The translations under genes were made by a program, and so were the position numbers. The notes below the pieces were generated by a model that was not told the origin of the DNA, searched no databases, and saw nothing but the letters and a program-made list of their open reading frames with translations. Below are positions 59,815 through 64,000 of a DNA stretch of 64,000 nucleotides, piece by piece (the stretch's first letter is position 1; each line of letters starts with the position of its first letter). Source of the DNA: Octopus vulgaris (Eukaryota); assembly GCA_951406725.2 (NCBI GenBank), contig OX597815.1, forward strand, positions 131,440,001 through 131,504,000, given 5' to 3'.

Positions 59815-60660
59815 TTGTGTGTCTGTGTTTGTCCCCCTAACATTGTTTAACAACCGATGCTGGTGTGTTTACGTCTCCGTAACTTAGCGGTTCGGCAAAA
59901 AGAGACCGATAGAATAAGTACTGGGCTTACAAAGAATAACTCCCGGGGTCGATTTGCTCGACTAAAGGCGGTGCTCCAGCATGGCCGCAGTCAAATGACT
60001 GAAACAAGTAAAAGAGTAAAAGAGTATACGTATGTAATATAATTTTTCTGAATCTTCAGATCTTTCTATATGCTAGACCACTGGTTTTAATTGATATTAA
60101 TCAAATTAATATTCAATTTTTCCCCCCTTATTATTTTAAATTTAAATTTAAAAGGCTATGTTCTCTAACCAGCAAAATTCACTGCAGAGAATTATCTTCT
60201 GCAGAATTATCTCCGGTATTTTGGTGCGCCCCCGCAAATGTAATTGGTAGAAATATATACATGTTCAATATCATGCGGATGTCTCGTGTATAGTTTGCAA
60301 ATTATATTTTGCTATGACGATCACACAGACGAGTTGCAGACATCTACAAAAGTGATTATGTAAGTGGTAACAATGAAACCGGGTTTGTGATTAATATATA
60401 TATTTTGTATCTTTTCATTTGTCTTGCTCGCTTACGTTCTGGAGTTTGCTAAATTTTCATGAGAACATCCCTTTCTTAGTGGTAGGACCATAGGCGGTCG
60501 ACTTCTGGCATGATGGATGTCCACTTAGTGGTCATACCACTTATATATATATGTAATATAATTTTTTTGAATCTTCAGATTTTACTATATGCTAGACCAC
60601 TGGTTTTAAATTGATAATCAAATTAACATTCAATTTTTCACCCTTATTATTTTAAATTTA
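59089..60660. mobile_element. Inverted plus tandem-partial terminal-repeat structure (Penelope pLTR-like), non-coding
   Basis: 59089-59492 is the reverse complement of about 60156-60545; 59515-59606 plus 60030-60150 directly repeats about 60450-60660; degenerate hammerhead motifs at 59266-59314 (minus) and 60320-60368 (plus). Confidence 0.75.
59607..60025 (+). mobile_element. Full-length SINE (family B) nested in the repeat structure
   Basis: gcaggagtggctgtgtggt...gaaacaagtaaaagagtaaaagagt; it interrupts a unit that is uninterrupted at 60530-60560. Confidence 0.92.
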
Positions 60661-61151
60661 TATATATAATATAATATAATATAATATAATATAATATAAA
60701 ATAATATAACATTATATTATAATATAATGAAGGGTAAAAATCACTATTGATATTACCAGGGGTTTAGTGCGCAAATAAAAACCATATAGGTAAATTTTAC
60801 AAATATTTTTAATAATTATATACATAATTATAACAAGGGATTGACTATAAGCCTGTCAACGCGCTGGAAACAGACGCCAAAAGACGCTACCACCACCTTA
60901 AGAACTCCGTGAATAAAAGACTGGGCTGTAGTCGGACGAAAGAAAGAGCATTACACTTTTAGCAAGCTTAAAGTAAAAGAAAATATTACTTAGTGCTCTC
61001 ATCAGCAACGATATTCCATAGTATAAATTGACGTATATATATATATATATATATGAGTGTGTGCGTGTGTGTGTGTATATACGTGTGTGTATATATATGT
61101 ATATATATATATGTATTCATATATGCATTTATATATGTATGTATATATATC

Positions 61152-61207
<56 letters not shown>

Positions 61208-61794
61208 GGAGAGAGAGAGAGACCTGTGTGTATGTGTCTTTGTGTCTGTGTTTGTCCACTACAACCGCATAATAGCTGGCGCCGGTGTGTTTACGTCTTC
61301 GTAATCTTGAAATACGGCGAAAGAGACCGATAGAAGTACGATGCTTTAACAGATAAGTACGGGGGAGGGTGCCTGAAACAAGTAAAAATTACCTGAAACA
61401 AGTAAAAAGAAAATCAAGATATAAAAGAAAAAAACTACAAAGAATTTAACCCAAGGTATTTTGTCCGACGCTTTAACAATTTAGCCGATCCACCATCCTC
61501 AAATAGTTTCTGTATGTAAGCACTTGGTAAATAATTTACTAGGAAGGACGTTAATCAATTGTATTGAGCCTAAGATTTTCCTCGTACTACTTTGTTTCAG
61601 CGTTCCCAGAGAAGGCAAAGCTGACATCAGTGGAATTTGAATGCAGAACGTAGTGAGCGGAAATTAATACTGCGAGACAATTGCCTCACCATTTTGAAAT
61701 ATCAGAACCATAGAAATTATAAGTAATAAATATTCTTAAGAATAGTGACATTGGCTATAATCTCCGCAAGGTTTATATTTTTCTAGATACGACA

Positions 61795-61854
61795 ACAACG
61801 ACGACGACGACGACAACAACAACAACAACAACAAAAACAACAACAATAATAATA

Positions 61855-61909
<55 letters not shown>

Positions 61910-61942
61910 TAATAATAACAATAATATTGATGATAATAATAA
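61795..61942. repeat. (GAC)/(AAC)/(AAT)n compound microsatellite
   Basis: Read directly. Confidence 0.92.
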
Positions 61943-62200
61943 CTAGTGGTTCTGTGATATGTGAGTCGTTTTATTTAGTATATTATAGTATATAATGTTA
62001 CTAGAAGCTTAGTAAAATGTACGAAAGAAGACGAATACAATAGCAAAAAATAAAAAAAACAAGAAAATTCCCTGTAGCCGAAATATTTCAAACTTTATGT
62101 ATACACACGAAAGGGTTATTGTTATTTCCATGCTTTTCATGTGGTTATTGGAAATAAAAGAATTATTATATATTATAGCTTTCTTTGCTTACACACTCCA

Positions 62201-62274
<74 letters not shown>

Positions 62275-62574
62275 CTTTTGTTTGCACTTCCTCCCTTATT
62301 TGTGAACAGTGTATCGTACCGTTGGTTTCCATCTTCTAGTAAAGTAAAAGTAAGAAAGAAAGTAAATTGAATAAGGAAAGAAATAGAGAGGGAAAGAGGG
62401 AGAAGAGATGAGTGAACGAGAGAAAGTGGAAGAGACAAATGGTAATAAGGTAATAGCCATTTACATTTCCTTATACGCACGCGCAAACATACAGGTACAT
62501 GCATACACATAGACCCATGCGTAAGCTATATACACAAATATATATGCATATATATAGATATATGTATACATATG

Positions 62575-62627
<53 letters not shown>

Positions 62628-62655
62628 ATATATTCATATATATATTCATGTATGC

Positions 62656-62718
<63 letters not shown>

Positions 62719-62784
62719 GGTCCCGGGTTGATTCGGGGTTAACCACAGTAAGTAAGGTACTCAATACATAGCAGAGTAAAATTA

Positions 62785-62916
62785 ATTTATTATATAGAAG
62801 GAGTTTACAGGACTAGTACTGTTTCATTCAAGAGAAATCTTCAGGAAGCTTCAGAGCTTCCTGAAGATTTCTCTTGAATGAAACAGTACTAGTCCTGTAG
62901 AAGCTCCTTCTATATA

Positions 62917-62922
<6 letters not shown>
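62785..62922. repeat. ~138-bp palindrome made of two divergent hammerhead motifs
   Basis: atttattatatagaaggag...caggaagct | agcttcctg...ctccttctatataataaat; centre about 62852; in a short element flanked by (TA)n. Confidence 0.92.
62854..62906 (+). ncRNA. Type I hammerhead ribozyme, canonical core
   Basis: Stem I gagcttc/gaagctc (7 bp); CUGAAGA at 62861-62867; short stem II ttc/gaa; GAAA at 62880-62883; stem III acag/ctgt with loop containing palindromic actagt; GUA site at 62897-62899. Confidence 0.8.
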
Positions 62923-62951
<29 letters not shown>

Positions 62952-63014
62952 CATATTTCTGAGGTTATATATGTATAAGTATGTACATATATATATATAT
63001 ATATATATATAAAA

Positions 63015-64000
63015 CTTAGATATGTTGCGATTGGTCCAGACCATGTCTAACTTAATAACACCACCTGATAGGATTATCTAAATCATTTTTTTAAAATCAA
63101 GTTTTGTTTATGATCCATTCAAGTAGTGAGTTCTTGTTGAGTGAGTTGTATCCAGGTATGGGTGGCTTATCTGGTATTTCTTGAAGAAATCTGTCCAGAC
63201 TCTGTTTAAAGGTGATGGGATCCTTTTCCTCTTTGAACTGTTTAGGGACAATGTTAAACAGGGCAGGGCATGTTGAGGGAAAGAAATTATGTCACAGTGT
63301 ACCTATATGTTGTAATCCTGAAATGGGCAGTGGACGTATGGCCTGTGGTTCCAACGTAGGTTGTACCTTGAAACTAATTTTCATGTCGTTTGGGCAATGC
63401 TGGCGGTATATTCTCTACATCGTACAAATGATGTATCACTCATGGCGGCGCTGGAGAGAGTAGTTTCAAGGCATTAAGGCAGTCCCAGTAATTAAGATCA
63501 GTCATGCCTTCAGTTTGTTTAGTGAGTGCCTCTGGGGTGATTCAATCCTCGAGATGTTTTGTTTCGTATGGAGAGACCACAAGGAGCAGCAGTATTCGAC
63601 GTGTGGCCATACAAAGGAGGAGAAGAGTGGAATGATGACACCTTGTTATCTAGACCGGAAGTTTCTTAAGGTCCAGGAGCTTATCCTACGAGCTATATCG
63701 ACCTTATTGTTGCTGTGGGCACTCCAACTGAGGTTGTTATCAACAATTACACCCATGTCTCTGATATTATTAGATGCTGTGAGCGGTTCCCCTGATGGAA
63801 GAGAGTATAGCTGTTTTAGTATAGACTTTCTTCCAAAATGCATCAGCTCAAATTTTGACACGTTTAGTTGCATTTTGCCTTTGTATGCTCATTGACTCAC
63901 AGCATATAGATTAGACTGGAGTTGAATTCGGTCTTCTTCTTCATTGATGATTTGATGGAGCGTAGTGCCATCAGCAAATATTTTCACTTTGCAGTGATTT
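63015..64000 (-). mobile_element. CR1-type LINE 3' portion (RT C-terminus), decayed, runs off the window
   Basis: CKVKIFADGT (FADD-like), MQLNVSKFELMHFG, IRDMGVIVDNNLSWSAH, FVWPHVEYCCSLWSP, LERRHE; stops and frameshifts present. Confidence 0.85.

Overview
Eukaryotic, AT-rich, microsatellite-saturated non-genic DNA. The SINE families and repeat landscape suggest an octopus (coleoid cephalopod) genome; this is inference, not a database result. No host protein-coding gene can be supported, and most ORF-track entries are microsatellite artefacts. The window holds: (1) three different R4/Dong-type LINEs (RT plus restriction-like endonuclease) stacked head-to-tail in (TAA)n tracts at 26.7-36.4 kb, including a pure 690-bp (AAT)230 array, and a fourth 5'-truncated copy on the minus strand at 41.3-42.8 kb; (2) a near-complete but mutated Penelope-like element (RT plus GIY-YIG) at 38.8-41.2 kb and an older fragment at 4.5-5.2 kb; (3) an 8.39-kb Helitron with intact termini (46409-54799, minus) and a frameshifted RepHel, plus a 288-bp non-autonomous Helitron; (4) a CR1-type LINE 3' end at the right edge; (5) many tRNA-type SINEs. 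The most notable signal: four unrelated foldback/palindromic elements (43.7-44.6, 46.1-46.3, 59.1-60.7, 62.8-62.9 kb) carry type I hammerhead-ribozyme motifs on both arms, pointing outward. Two motifs have fully canonical cores, and some families share non-canonical cores between dispersed copies. A near-identical 688-bp segment also appears copied, without a TSD, into the RT of one LINE from 3.36 kb downstream. All structures were read by eye.
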